A DNA stretch of 64,000 nucleotides from Carcharhinus amblyrhynchos (taxonomy: Eukaryota): contig OZ336871.1 in assembly GCA_965287045.1 (NCBI GenBank), positions 127,968,001 to 128,032,000 on the forward strand, read 5' to 3'. This document shows positions 37,877 through 50,605 of the stretch, one piece after another. The stretch's first letter is position 1, and every line of letters starts with the position of its first letter. Made by a program: the position numbers and the translations under genes. Under the pieces are notes generated by a model. It saw nothing but the letters and a program-made list of their open reading frames with translations, was not told the DNA's origin and made no database searches.

Positions 37877-38329
37877 TTCTGTATGTAGTGCCAGCACTGC
37901 GTGCGTAAGTGATCAGGATTCTTGATTTGGGTTGAAGAGCAACACCTGCTTGCCCTGTTCACACAGGTCATGGATCCCCTGAAGAGGGCACTGTGTTGTT
38001 CTGGATCTCTGATTGCTGTTAGTGTCAGTTGCAAAAGCCCACAAAATCTCTGGTTAAGTGTAATGTGTGGTGATTGCTGACCTGTCACAGCAAAATCCAG
38101 GCTGAAATTTTCCAGTACGTTATCCGGGGGTGTTAACAACTCTACACATCTATCTGGGTTCGGTGTGTTTTCTGAGGCTTTGATTTTATTTATTATTGTC
38201 ACTTGGTATTGGTATTCAGTGAAAAGTATTGTTCTTAAGTGCAAAACAGACAAAGCATACCTGTCATGTTGAGGGAAAGGAGAGGGTGCAAAATGTAGTG
38301 TTACAGTCATGGCTAGGGTGTAGACAAAG

Positions 38330-38646
38330 AATCATAGACTCCATACAGTGCAGAAGGAGGCCATTCGGCCCATCAAGTCTGCACTGACCACAATCCCACC
38401 CAGGCTCTCTTCCCACAACCCCACATATTTGCCCTACAATCCTCTGACACGGGTCTATTTAGCATGGCCAATCAACCTAACCCACATGCGCATCTTTGGA
38501 CTGAGAGGAAACCGGAAAACCCGGAGGAAACCCACGCGGACACAAATGTGCAAACTCCACACAGACAATGACCTGAGGCCAGAATTGAACACGGGTCCCT
38601 GCCGCTGTGAGGCAGCAGTGCTAACAACTGTGCCACCGTCCCACCC
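38330..38646 (-). mobile_element. HE1 V-SINE
   Basis: Full reverse-strand copy. Confidence 0.9.
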
Positions 38647-38935
38647 ATTAATATAAGGTACATCCATTCAAAAGCCTGACAGCAGCAGGGAAGAAGCTGT
38701 TCTTTGATCAGTTAGTACGTGACCTCAGAATTTTACATCCTGTTCCCAACAGAGGAAGGTGGAAGAAAGTACATCTGGAGTGTGTGTAGTCCTTGGTCAT
38801 GCTGGCCACTTTTCTGAGGCAGCGGGAAATGTAGACAGAGCCACTGGATAGGAGGCTGGTTTGCATGATGGACTGGGCTTCGTTCACAACCCATTGTAAT
38901 TTCTTGCGGTTTTGGTTAGAACTGAAGCCATACCA

Positions 38936-39366
38936 TAAAACCATATGACATAGGAGCAGAATTAAGCCATGCGGCCCATTGAGTCTGCTCCACTATTCAA
39001 TCATGGCTGATATTTTTCTCATCTCCATCCTCCGGCCTTTTCCTATAAACCCTGAACCCACCCTTATTAATCAAGAACCTATCTATCTCTGTCTTAAAGA
39101 CACTCAATGACCTGGCTTCTACAGCCTTCTGCGGCAAAGAGTTCCACAGATTCACCAGTCTCTGGCTGAAGAAATTTCTCGTCATCTCTTTTTTTAAAGG
39201 ATTGTCCCTTTAGCCTGAGGTTGTGCCCTCTGGTTCTAATTTTTCCTTCTAGTGGAAACATCCTTTCCACATCCACTCAATCCAGGTTTTGCAGCGTCCT
39301 GTAAGCTTCAATAAGATCCTCCCCTCATCCTTCTAAACTCTGAGTACAGACTCAACTGTTCCTCAT
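38936..39366 (-). mobile_element. CR1 3' fragment
   Basis: RNFFSQRLVNLWNSLPQKAVEA plus tail. Confidence 0.9.
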
Positions 39367-41183
39367 ACCAAACTGTGACACATCCAAAAAGGATGCTTTC
39401 TGCGGTGCATCTGTAAAAGTTGGTGAGTGTCATAGTGGACATGTTGAGTTTCTTTACAGGTTATTTTGAAGCAAAAGGCCAAATGCTTTCTTTGTATCTG
39501 ATATCAATGCGGGAATGAAACCCAACTGTCTTCTGAGTTCTGATTTTGTGTTGGGGAGAGGGTGGGTGATTTACAATTTGTTCTGGAACACACGGGGAGA
39601 GCTATGCCTCGGATTCTAACGCTATGTGGTAAGAAATAATCAATGTTTGTACATCTCCATACATAACACCTTGAATTGAATCCTGTTCCTGAAAACCAAA
39701 ATTAAAAACTAACTGCCAGTTGTGTCAGATGGAGTCTTTTGATTTTGATTCTGACAATAGTGATGCTCCCTCAGAACCAAGGATTGCCTTAAATTTGTTT
39801 CATTGAAACATCTTTTGGATATTTGAATTCATTTTTGCTGTTTGATGGGTTGAATCACACTATGAACCATGAGGCAAGATTGGGATAGTCATGCTATTGA
39901 ACTCATTGTTTTCAAGTGTGGAACTTGTTTAATCTCCAGACCAAACTTTTTGCAAAGTTTCGTCTTGCTCTGAAACATAACTTCACTCTCCATCTAATCT
40001 CGCACTTCATGATTCATTCTTGACAAATTGCCTACCTAGGCTTGACATTTCTGTATCGCCAGCAGTTCAAAAACGATCAAATTTTACATTGCGTTTACTT
40101 GTCTCTTCTGTACTTATCCTTGTAATCCTCAATCCAATTCCGAACCATATATTCATCTGGCTGCTTTCGCTGCAGATGTTTCACATCTGGGAAAAATCCT
40201 CCTGATGTCAAAGATCACCTCATTTTATATTTTTCTTGACATATAAGTAGCATTGTATTATTAAACCCTCCTCCCCAATAATCATTTGCATGAAGGAAAA
40301 TAAATGCATCCTTGAATTTTTGTCACTGGTTTCATAAAGTGCTACTTTAATTGAGTTGCGTTTGTAAAGATAATTGGGGGGGCGGGTTTAACATTCGCAA
40401 GATGTTAATTATATTTTGTCTTAATTCATCTATTCATCCAGAAATACTCTACAATTCTTCTTATTTCAGCACATAATTGTTACTTGAATGATCCCAGGGT
40501 TTTCACCTCCACTACTCTAACTGAAAGTGTTGATTACTCTGTGATTGGCGTTAAATTGACCTTCCATGTAGTTTGAACCTGTGCCCCCTTGTCATACTGT
40601 TGCAATTTAATTTGAAGTAATATTCTGGATGTACCTTTTCCATTGCCATGACTATCTTGTAGATTGCTAAGATTACCCCTTAGTTACCCTCTTCATTAAA
40701 CTGAAAAACCCTACTTTCTTCAATCTTTCACCTGAACTGAGACCTTTGATATTATAAATCAGCATTGTGAGTCTTCTCTGCAGTGTGTACAGATTTTTAA
40801 TGTCTCTTCTTTCTCAGTGAAGAACCGATCACACTACTTAAAATGCAGTTGGAATAGAGCACTAATCACGACTCCCCTGACTTGCACTCTGCTGTTTTTC
40901 GCAATCTAGTTCAATAGTTTGTTGATTGCTTATCTACATATGGACCGTTTTGGGTGTCAAAGTTGGTAAGGTTGCTAGCGCTTCCAACTTCTTCTTTTAA
41001 TGCAACGCTTGTGAAGCAGATGTCATCCATTTTCCTTCCTCCGTGCAATGCTTCACAATTATCAATGGTTAAATGTCATCTTTCTTTCAGACAGTCCCCT
41101 GGGACGAAGGCTGACTTGGTTGCACTTCAGTGGGTTCTGAGGTGGCGGCTGAGTCCAATGCATCATCTGTGGACACTGCCACA

Positions 41184-42139
41184 GTAAAAGTCTCACGACG
41201 TCAGGTTAAAGTCCAACAGGTTTATTTAGTAGTAAACGCAGCTAGCTTTCGGAATGCTGTTCCTTCGTCAGGTGAGTGGAGAGTCCTGATCGCAAGCAGG
41301 GTGATCAGAACTCGCCACTCACCTGACAAAGGAACAGCGTTCTGAAACCCAGCCTGCAGGTGCAGCAGGTGGTCAGGAAGGCGAATGGGATGCTGGCCTT
41401 CATAGCGAGGGGGATTGAATATAAAAGTAGGGAGGTCTTGCTGCAGCTGTATAGGGCATTGGTGAGGCCGCAGCTGGAGTACTGTGTGCAGTTTTGGGCG
41501 CCGCACCTGCGCAAGGATATTTTGGCCTTGGAGGGAGTGCAGAGGAGGTTTACTAGGCTGATACCGGAGTTGAGGGGGTTGAACTATGAGGAGAGGCTGA
41601 ATAGACTAGGCTTGTACTCGTTGGAGTTTAGAAGAATGAGGGGAGATCTCATTGAGACGTATAAGATGATGAATGGGATGGATAGGATAGAGGTGGAGAG
41701 ACTCTTCCCGCTCAAAAAAGACAGTAGGACTAGGGGGCACAGCCTCAAGATAAAGGGGGGGCGGTTTAGAACGGAGTTGAGGAGGAACTTCTTCACTCAA
41801 AGGGTGGTGAATATCTGGAATTCTCTGCCCGTTGAAGTGGTGGAGGCTGCCTCGCTAAATATTTTTAAGAAGCGGGTTGATGGGTTTTTGATAAGAGAGG
41901 GGATTAAGGGTTATGGGGAGAGGGCGGGAAAGTGGAACTGAGCCACGACAGATCAGCCATGATCTTATTGAATGGCGGGGCAGGCTCGAAGGGCCAGATG
42001 GTCTACTCCTGCTCCTATTTCTTATGTTCTTATGTTCTTAGTGGCGTTTACTACTAAATAAACCTGTTGGACTTTAACCTGGTGTCGTGAGACTTCTTAC
42101 TGTGTTTACCTAAGTCCAATGCCAGCATCTCCATATAAT
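41184..42139. mobile_element. Inverted Penelope-type terminal-repeat element with hammerhead motifs, split by a CR1
   Basis: Left arm 41184-41291 is complementary to 41303-41347 plus 42039-42100. There is a 3' extension at 42101-42139 and a TSD GACACTGCCACA/GACTCTGCCTCA. Confidence 0.8.
41348..42038 (+). mobile_element. Young 5'-truncated CR1 LINE with open ORF2 C-terminus
   Basis: ORF 41360-41941 is uninterrupted to its natural stop and near-identical to 23304-24285. Confidence 0.95.
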
Positions 42140-42865
42140 GACTCTGCCTCATGTAGGGCAGGTGGTGCTTGAAGGGTTGGATTGCTGGGTTGTTTGGAGG
42201 CTTGTGCATTCCCTCTCATGCCTCAGCTTTGCCTCTGCATATTCCAAACAGACCATCTCTTAATTTGTTTTGTGCCGTCCAGAATGAACCTCCTCTGTTT
42301 TGTTCAGTTACAAATCAAGGTCTCCCATGAGTTGGTTATGTTTGTTTGACCTCTTAACGATGCTTTTGAGCATAGTCCTCAAGCATTTCTTTTGTCCACT
42401 TAGGTATCTCCTACCATGTTTGAGATGCGAACATAGCTTGCTCAGACACTGAGGTCCAAGCCATTGTTGAATCCTTTGGTAAAAGTTATGAGAAAATGGA
42501 CCTTTCACTAAACATCATGATATTGAAGTCCTCATGGAACCAGCTCCACCAACCCCCCCCCCATACTCCTTACCCACTGTCTGTTAAGATGAGTGTCAAG
42601 ATCCTGACAAATAATTTTCCGCATCTTGGGAGCCTCCTCTTGAAATAGGAAGGTATAGGTGATGATCACCTCTAATGTACCAATTCAGTCTTGAGCCAAC
42701 TGAGATAAAGAGTTTCTGAGGACCATGATCTCAAACCCACGACTATGGTCATGGATAACTGGGCAGCAGTAATCCTCGCACTTGGATATACTTCAGAGAT
42801 TAGGTTGACCTACAGCTGGCATCTGTTGAAGTATCACCAACCATGCCTTCGCAACATCATAGAAA

Positions 42866-44105
42866 CTGGATGCAGGATTAGGCCATGCTGCTCTTTAAGC
42901 CTGCTTCGCCTTCATTTTGATCATGGCTGATCATCAAATTCAATATCCTGATTTCTCTCCACCCCACCCCATATCCCTTGATCCCTTTAGCCCCAAGAGC
43001 TGTATATAATTTCTTGAAATCACACACAGTTTTGGCCTCAACTACATTCTGTGGTAGTGAATTCCACACATCCACCACCCTCTGGGTGAAGAGATTTCTC
43101 CTCATCTCAGTTTTAAAATGCTCACCTCTTATCCTCAAACTATGCTTCCTAGTTCCGGACTCCCCCATCATTGGGAACATTCTTTCTGAATCTACCCTGT
43201 CTAACTGTGTTAGAATATTGTAAGTTTTTTTGAGATCTCCTCTCTTCTAAACTCCAGTGAATATAATCCTAACCAATTTAGTCTCCCCTCATTTGACAGA
43301 CCTGCCATCCCAAAAATCAGGCTGGTAAACATTCGCTGTACTTCTTTTACAGCAAGGACATCCTTCCTCAAATAAGGACACCAAAGCTGCATGCAATACT
43401 CGATGTGTGGCCTCATCAATGCCCTATACAATTGCAGCAAAGCATCCCTATCCCTATACTCAAATCCTCTCACTACGAAGGCCAACTTACCATTTGCTTT
43501 CATTACTGCCTGCTGCATCTGTGTGCTTACTTTCAGTGACTGATGCACGAGGATTCCAAGACCTCCTTGATTATCCATCTTTCTTAATTTACACCCATTC
43601 AAGTAATAATCTGACCTATTATTGTTACCAAAGTAGAAAACCTCACATTTATCAACATTATACGGCATCTACCATGCAGATGCCCGCACACTCAGCCTGT
43701 CCAAATCATGCTAACGGATCATTGCATTCTACTCACAGCTCACCTTCCCCTCTCAACTTTGCACCATCTGCAGATTTGGAGATGCTACATTCAGTTCCCT
43801 CTTCCAGATCTTTAATATATAATGTGAACAGTTGGGGGTCCCGACACAGACCCCTGTGGAACCCTACTAGTCACTGACTGTCTATCAGAAAAGACCCATT
43901 TACGTCAATTCTTTGCTTCCTATCTGCTAACCAGCTTTCTATCCATCTCAAGACATTAGCTGCAACCCTCAAGTGCTTTAACTTTACATAGTAGTCTGTT
44001 ACGTCTGATCTTGTCAAAAGCCTCCTGGAAGTCTAAATAAACCACATCCACTAGTTCTCCTCAGCCGACTCTACTAGTTATAACCTCTCAAATTCCAATA
44101 GATTG
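42866..44105 (-). mobile_element. Degraded CR1 LINE (RT to 3' UTR)
   Basis: Minus ORFs 43210-43668 and 42878-43180 are CR1 ORF2 fragments. Confidence 0.92.
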
Positions 44106-44399
44106 CTCTAAATCTTTTAAATCAGGTGGCAAGAAATGTGATCCAACAGCACTGTCCCAAATCAACTTGTCTAGTATTGAGCTGTTTATTGCTTGAAACC
44201 AGCCCCACTGGAATGAACCTGTCCTCCATATCTCTTATACCAGACACCCAAAGCAAATTTCATTTACCACTGTTCTGTTCACATAAACATTTTGTCTAAT
44301 ATGTACTGTCCAACTTTTGTGATGCTTGAACATTTAATGTTGTTACCCTATGTATTTTATATAACCCCTAAATTCATCTAAAGTGCATTGATAAATTTG

Positions 44400-44614
44400 G
44401 TAAAAAGTCTGACAACACCAGGTTTTAGTCCAACCTATTTATTTGATAATATACTCACAAGCTTTCGAGGGGACTGCCTCTTCGTTCACCTGACGAAGAG
44501 GCAGTCCCCTCGAAAGCTTGTGAGTATATTATCAAATAAATAGGTTGGACTAAAACCTGGTGTTGTCAGACTTTTTACTGTGTTTACGCCAGTCCAATGC
44601 CGGCATACCCACAT
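44400..44614 (+). mobile_element. Penelope-type mini-element: perfect 86-bp palindrome, 36-nt extension, hammerhead motif
   Basis: Arms 44400-44485 and 44493-44578 are exact reverse complements. TSD CATTGATAAATTTG at 44386-44399 and 44615-44628. Confidence 0.88.
44486..44523 (+). ncRNA. Minimal type I hammerhead ribozyme motif (PLE-associated)
   Basis: Stem I UCAC/GUGA; core CUGACGA+A; stem II GAGG/CCUC; GAAA; palindromic AGCU stem III; UH site at 44518-44519. Confidence 0.7.
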
Positions 44615-47600
44615 CATTGATAAATTTGCACAGTACTGGTTGTAACACTGAAACTTGACACTCTTCCTGCCATGCCCCAGTGTACTCATTTGGCATATTT
44701 CCTTTTACAAATCCATGGTTTCCCTGCCGTTGCACAGTTCATCCATTTCGTTATCACCCTAAAATCTACCTTGAATCAAAAATCTTAACTTTTTTCCATG
44801 ACCGCCAATGTACCCCTCTCTCCTCCACTCCCTCCACAGTAATTGCATTGTTGACTTAGCTTGGCCTCCTATGATCAGTGAATTAAATTAACGCATGTCA
44901 TGTACAATCCTTCCTGCCTCAAGTTGATATGAAATGAGTGGGCGCAGGTCTGAATCCACATCCTGATTAATTCATATGACCATAATAATGTGCAGATCAA
45001 ATTTAGTCTGATAGCAACATCGTAATGGAAATTAACTCCAAAGGAACCCCTTCTACGGCAAAAGCAAAAATTTTGAAAAATGGCCCACTTGTGTGAATAG
45101 TAAGTGGTGATGTGACTTCAATTTAATTTTTTCCCTTTAAAGTAAGGAGCTTTGATTAAGCAGCAAAAACTGCTCATTGATGTGTGGTTGTGTCAAGTAT
45201 TGCTTTTCTGCTTAAAAGTTAATGTCTCTGCTATCTAGTTTGTATGTTCTTTTGAAAACAAAATATGTTGGTATATCAAATGATGCAGCACAACTCAAAA
45301 AGAACTCAACAATTTGTGTAGAGGTGCAATCTGAGCCTTCAGATTTTTATATTCCAGCAGGCTTGGCTCAAAGATTTCCTCTAAATAAGGAAGGGAGTTC
45401 CAGACGTTAGAATTTTCTGGGAGAGTGTTCCACAAGTACAGCATGTAAATCTTCACAGTTGGAATTGAATTGTTATAGAACATTCAGCTGGAACCGCTTT
45501 AGTATTTTTGGTTTAAGTATAAATCTGAAACTTCAGGGCAGTGCTGCTACAGTTGAAACTTTTGGAACGGATTGACAAACCCATGACATTGGCCAAGGGC
45601 ATAGGCAACTTGGCCTGTGACAACATTTTATTAGATCAGGTAGCTGTACGGCTTAAATCACAACTCTTTGCCCTTTCTCTGCCAATATAAGCATTATAGG
45701 TGAATTATATGAAAGCACAGGACTGGAAAAGATTTTTCAATCCCCTTTAGCCAGTTCTGTTGGTTCAGCCTGATCATTGTGTATTTCCTTCATTTTCCAT
45801 TGGACTCTTCCACACCATCTGTCTTCATTGACAATGCATTTCATACGTTCCAAACCCTTGGAATAAAGCAATTAAATCTGAACCCTCTTTATTTTAAGGG
45901 CATAGGCATGGTGGGCTGTAGACCCTGTTCCTGTGCGGTATTGTTCTTTGGTATCTTTGTTCTTTGTACATAGAATCTGCATATAGAGAAGACAGAAACA
46001 GGCCATTTAGCCCAACCAGTCCATGTTGGTTGTTGTGCTCCACTTGAGTCTTTTCTCATCTAAATCTATGGTAGATTATCATTGTAACCATCTATTCCTT
46101 CTCCCTCATGTTCTAGAATGGTTTCCTGTTGAATGCATATATACTGTTTACTTCACCCACTCCTGTGTAGTGCGTTCCACATTCTTGCCATTCTTTGGGT
46201 GAAGACATTTCTTTTGATTTCCGCTTTGAATTTCCTAGCGACTATCTTATATTGAATGCCTCTAGTTATGTGCTCTTCTCCACAAGAAACAAAATTCTCT
46301 TTCTATCTGTTCCATTAAAAGTTTTCATAATTTGAAAGACCCCAATCAGTCACCCTTCAGGCACCTTTTTTTCAGAGAGAAGTGACTCAATCTGTTCTTT
46401 TTCGTGATGATGCGTACCTACACATTTCTGGAATCATGCTACTAAATGTTTTCTGCACTCTCTCCAGTTCCCCTCTATTCTTTTCATAGTGGAGTTGAAT
46501 TTAGTGAGGGAATCGCAAAGATTAGGGTCAAGGCAGTTGAAGGCATGGGTCATGAATGATGGAGTGAAAGGAGGATGGGCATTTTGAAAGCAAGGCTTTG
46601 TCAGACTGAGAGCCAATGTAAGCGAGAGAATATTGTGTGACTTGGTGTAAGTTAGAATGTGGACAATGTTAACAACTTGCATTTATAAATTGCCTTTAGC
46701 TCATCCCATTGGAGCGCCATCAGGTTAAAGTTGACACCAAGCTAGTGATGGAGATATTGGGATAGGCGACCAAAGTTTGGTGAAAGGATTGGGCTTCGAG
46801 GGAGAGTTTGAAGGAAGATGAGGAATCAAGTAGGCAGAGCATGAAGAAAGCTGCAGTAGGAATTACAGCAACTGGGGAAAGAAGCTGTGCAAACAAATCA
46901 TATTTAGAGAGCTTCAGTTGCTTTTGACATGCTTATTGTACTCTTCTTTGTTAGACCATTCGGTGAGTTTGGTTATTCTGTGATTCTGGGAAATGCTGCA
47001 ACAAATTAATTGAGTCATAAATCCTAATCTAGATATCCTAATCCTAAATTCATCATAGTTGAACAATGTTGTATTTGAATTTAGCAAATGTAATTAATTC
47101 CATCTATCAGGCCAATTGAGTGGCTATTTATTTGTGTCAGAAGTCTATTTCTTACGGCTAAAATAGATTCTCCAGTGCACAATCAAGGGAACGTGTTGTT
47201 TTTAAATGCATTTTTTCTCATTGACTGCTAATGAATGTTCCATTGTGTTTTATGCTGGAATGTGGACCCCAACCTATTTATAGCATGAGGTACACTGGGT
47301 TCCTATTTCAGCATAAGAAGCACTTAAGTGTTCATTAAAAACGCATTAAACTAATTTGTCATTTCAATTTTTTTGTTGGTAAATTAGCTGACATAAACAT
47401 TGCAATAAAAGCTATCACCTTATTAAGTAAAACCAGCATCTACTCATGCTGTTCCTCAAACTGTGTTTAAATTGCTAAGTTTACTCAATGGACAGCTCGT
47501 AGTTGCTCTACTTCAGTTTTTACGTATCCCATACCCATTTCAGTATTTTTCATTAATGTTTAGTGAAAAATATATAATTTGAAGAAATTTAAAAATAAAA

Positions 47601-47624
47601 TCCTTTTTACATCCTGAATTAAGA

Positions 47625-48485
47625 TCATGGATAAGTTGCAGCGTGACATAGATAGGATGCAAGACTAGGCGGAGAAGTGGCAGATGGACTTCAACGCGGA
47701 TAAATGTGTAGTGGTCCATTTTGGCAGGACCAACGGGATGCAGGAGTACAACATTAAGGGTAGGAGTCTTAGCTGGGTTGAAGAGCAGAAGGATCTTGGG
47801 GTCCGGGTCCACAGGACTCTTAAATCAGCCTCGCAGGTGGAGAATATGGTCAAGAAGGCATATGGTGTACTGGCCTTCATTAATCGAGGGATTGCATTTA
47901 GGAGTCGGGAGGTAATGCTGCAACTTTATAGGACCCTTGTCAGACCCCACTTGGAGTACTGTGCGCAGTTCTGGTCGCCTCACTACAGGAAGGATGTGGA
48001 AGCTATTGAGAGGGTGCAGAGGAGATTTACAAGGATGTTGCCTGGATTGGGAGGCACGCCTTATGAAGATAGGTTGAGGGAGCTAGGTCTCTTCTCCCTG
48101 GAGAGACGAAGGTTGAGAGGCGACCTGATAGAGGTTTATAAAATGTTGAGAGGAATAGATAGCCTCAGAATCCACCCTATTTCCCAGGGCTGAAATGGTC
48201 TCTATGAGAGGGCACAGGTTTAAGGTGCTGGGAAGCAAGTACAGAGGAGATGTTAGGGGTAATTTTTTCACTCAGAGGGTGAAAAACTGAGTGAGTGGAA
48301 TCGGCTGCCATCGGTGGTGGTAGAGGCGAACTCGCTGGGGTCTTTTAAAAGACTTCTGGATGAGTATATGGGATATAATGGCATTGGAAGTTACAGATAG
48401 TTCTATGGCTTGGTAGGTATAGATATGATCGGCGCAACTTGTGGGCCGAAGGGCCTATTTGTGCTGTAGTGTTCTATGTTCTATA
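47625..48485 (+). mobile_element. 5'-truncated CR1 LINE
   Basis: ORF 47684-48193; tail (TGTTCTA)n. Confidence 0.94.
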
Positions 48486-49859
48486 AGGATTTAGGCTGCA
48501 GAAATTTTACAAGGTTATTTGAGCAACAGTAAGACTCTCAATCTAATTCAGTGTACCCCTACTAACCAAATGCAATCTTCCACAAGTACACTGACATTTT
48601 AATTTAGTTGTTAAACAAATTACATCTTTGATTGGGGGTATACCTTCAAAGCATATTAACCATGTCACCTCAGCATAGAATGACTTAATGATAAGAAAAT
48701 AACATGTGGCAGTTTGATAGATATAGTTTATAATTGCTCGATCTGTTGCCACTCCAATGATCTGCTGTGCATCATGCCTGAACACTATTCTGAGTTAAAT
48801 TGCAAATGCAAAATGAGGCAATGTTTGATCAATCAGTTGGTCAAAGGCACGTTCTGAACACTCTGAGGAAGCATCCACACAGAAGTAGTTAATAATTTAA
48901 ATTGTCTTCCTGGTAGGATAGTGGCAGCAAAATCGGTGGGCTTAGTCATTTCAAAGCTGTGTTGGGGGAATCATGAATTTTTATGCGAACACTGGCTGAT
49001 TGGCTCACCTTATCTGTGCTTAGCTGTGTGTGTTTTATGAACAGTTAAATATTCTATTACATTTGAATGATTTAATATATATTTTATGTACTGACTGTGG
49101 CGGTGAATTTCTCTTGAAGGAAAAGGAACACAGGTTAATTGGGGCACAGGGGGAAACAGTTTCCTGCATTCACTGTAAAAATAATAGAGCAGACTCCAAA
49201 GTTTATTCAGTGTCTTACATAATCGTATCTTACCAGTTAATTGAACAACTAAGCAGGCATTGCTCGTAAAAGTACAGTCAATTAATTGACATAGCTATGC
49301 TTTTGAAATGGGTTTCTAAGGATTCCCTATCTTCACAAAAATTATTTGGAAAATCTCTTTTCCTTCCACAGATGCAGCGTAATGATGTAAGTCATGCTGA
49401 AGCACATCGTTAATGTCAATTGTGTGTGGTATTGTCATTATGATAATGATGCATTGGTGTTCTTGTTTCCCTTCCCTCAAAGCAAAGGGGAGTTGGCAAA
49501 GGCTTCGCAGAGTGTGACCTTTTTAAACAATACTGAACACTTTCTTGAACATTTAACCTGCTATTTCTCTGCTATAATATTCTCTTGGATTTTTCTCACC
49601 TCCTCTTCCTGTCTAGGTAGATCGAGGATTTCATAGCTGCTTGTACCTTCCTCACCTATATAAATTGTGTTAACAAGTGAATCTCAGCAGAGTGTTAAAA
49701 GGCTGTCTTATCAGTGGGAGCGGAGAGGGCTGGGGGCTTGTGGAATATGGGGTAATTGCAGTTAAAGCCAATCTTGTTCTTGCTCAATATCCACAAGAAT
49801 ACACTTTCAGTAGGAGCTTGTTGTCTTGAGTGCAGTGTTTAAGCTGGTTCTCCTGTGAA

Positions 49860-50605
49860 GGGATACTGTATTGTTGGAGGTGCTGTCTTTTAGATGAATC
49901 ATTAAATCGATCCCCCTCTACCAACTTGTGTGTTTCTTCAGAAGGAACTCTTCAAAAATGCAATCAAACTTACTCCAACTTATAAATTAAAGAAAGGGTT
50001 CAATAAAGAAACATCATTACTCCAAACTTGGGCCTAGCCCTGGGCCACTCCAAGCTACCCACAATTCGTTATAGTTCCTTATTTATAGTAAATCAGCTGG
50101 TCAGCTGACTATTACATAACTCTGCAATTGGTTCTGCCATAGCACAGTGGCGCAGCAGAAGCGGGGTTGATGGATTGAAACCATTCTCTGCTGTTTCCTA
50201 TTAACAGGGATAACAAAACCACTTGACTACAGTTCTGTAATTGGTTCCATGTTTTACTGGGTCAGCTGAGCTTTACATCTTGTTCCCATTGGTCATATTA
50301 CATCCAATTAAAGTTGTCACTGGTTACATTCTAACAAAGTGGATAGAAAAGATCCACAGCACTACTTTGAGGAGGTTAGAGGTTATGACTGTGACCTAGT
50401 GAGCAGATCTGTTCTGTAAAGGAGTTGTCCTGGCCCATTTTCACCCCTTAACCAATACCAAAAGCGACAATCTGATTTGTTACATGGCTATTTCTAGGAG
50501 TAAGTATTTGCAAATTTATTCCTATCTACAATATTGATCATACTTCATTTGTGCTAAAGCACTTTGGATTATGTAGAAAGATGCTGAATAAATGCAAAAC
50601 TTGTT
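49860..50605 (+). mobile_element. Deu-domain SINE split by a ~410-bp insertion
   Basis: GGAGGTGCTGTCTTTTAGATGAATCATTAAATCGA at 49875, resuming GTGGATAGAAAAGATCC at 50339. Confidence 0.6.
49927..50336. mobile_element. Probable solo LTR
   Basis: TG...CA termini, a near-TSD AACT/AAGT, and TATA and several CCAAT motifs on the minus strand. It cleanly interrupts a Deu-SINE. Confidence 0.45.

Larger units (their letters stand above)
38180..39455 (-). mobile_element. Rex1/Babar-like LINE 3' portion, interrupted by an HE1 and a CR1
   Basis: Homologous to 23025-24855; the minus ORF 38708-38944 includes WYG...RKKLQWVVNEAQSI. Confidence 0.7.
41090..42865 (-). mobile_element. RTE-clade LINE remnant, host of a nested PLE terminus and CR1
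   Basis: Joining the flanks on the minus strand gives the C-terminal CCHH motif TCPT.G.V...CIGLSRHLRTH typical of RTE ORFs. Confidence 0.6.

Noticed and set aside
37468-38310. 280-aa minus-strand ORF
   Set aside because: It begins in a LINE 3' UTR, crosses an (AC)n microsatellite and has no domain signature.
44400-44578. miRNA precursor or TIR DNA transposon
   Set aside because: The asymmetric 36-nt extension inside a 14-bp TSD, and single-arm homologues elsewhere, fit a Penelope-type terminus better.
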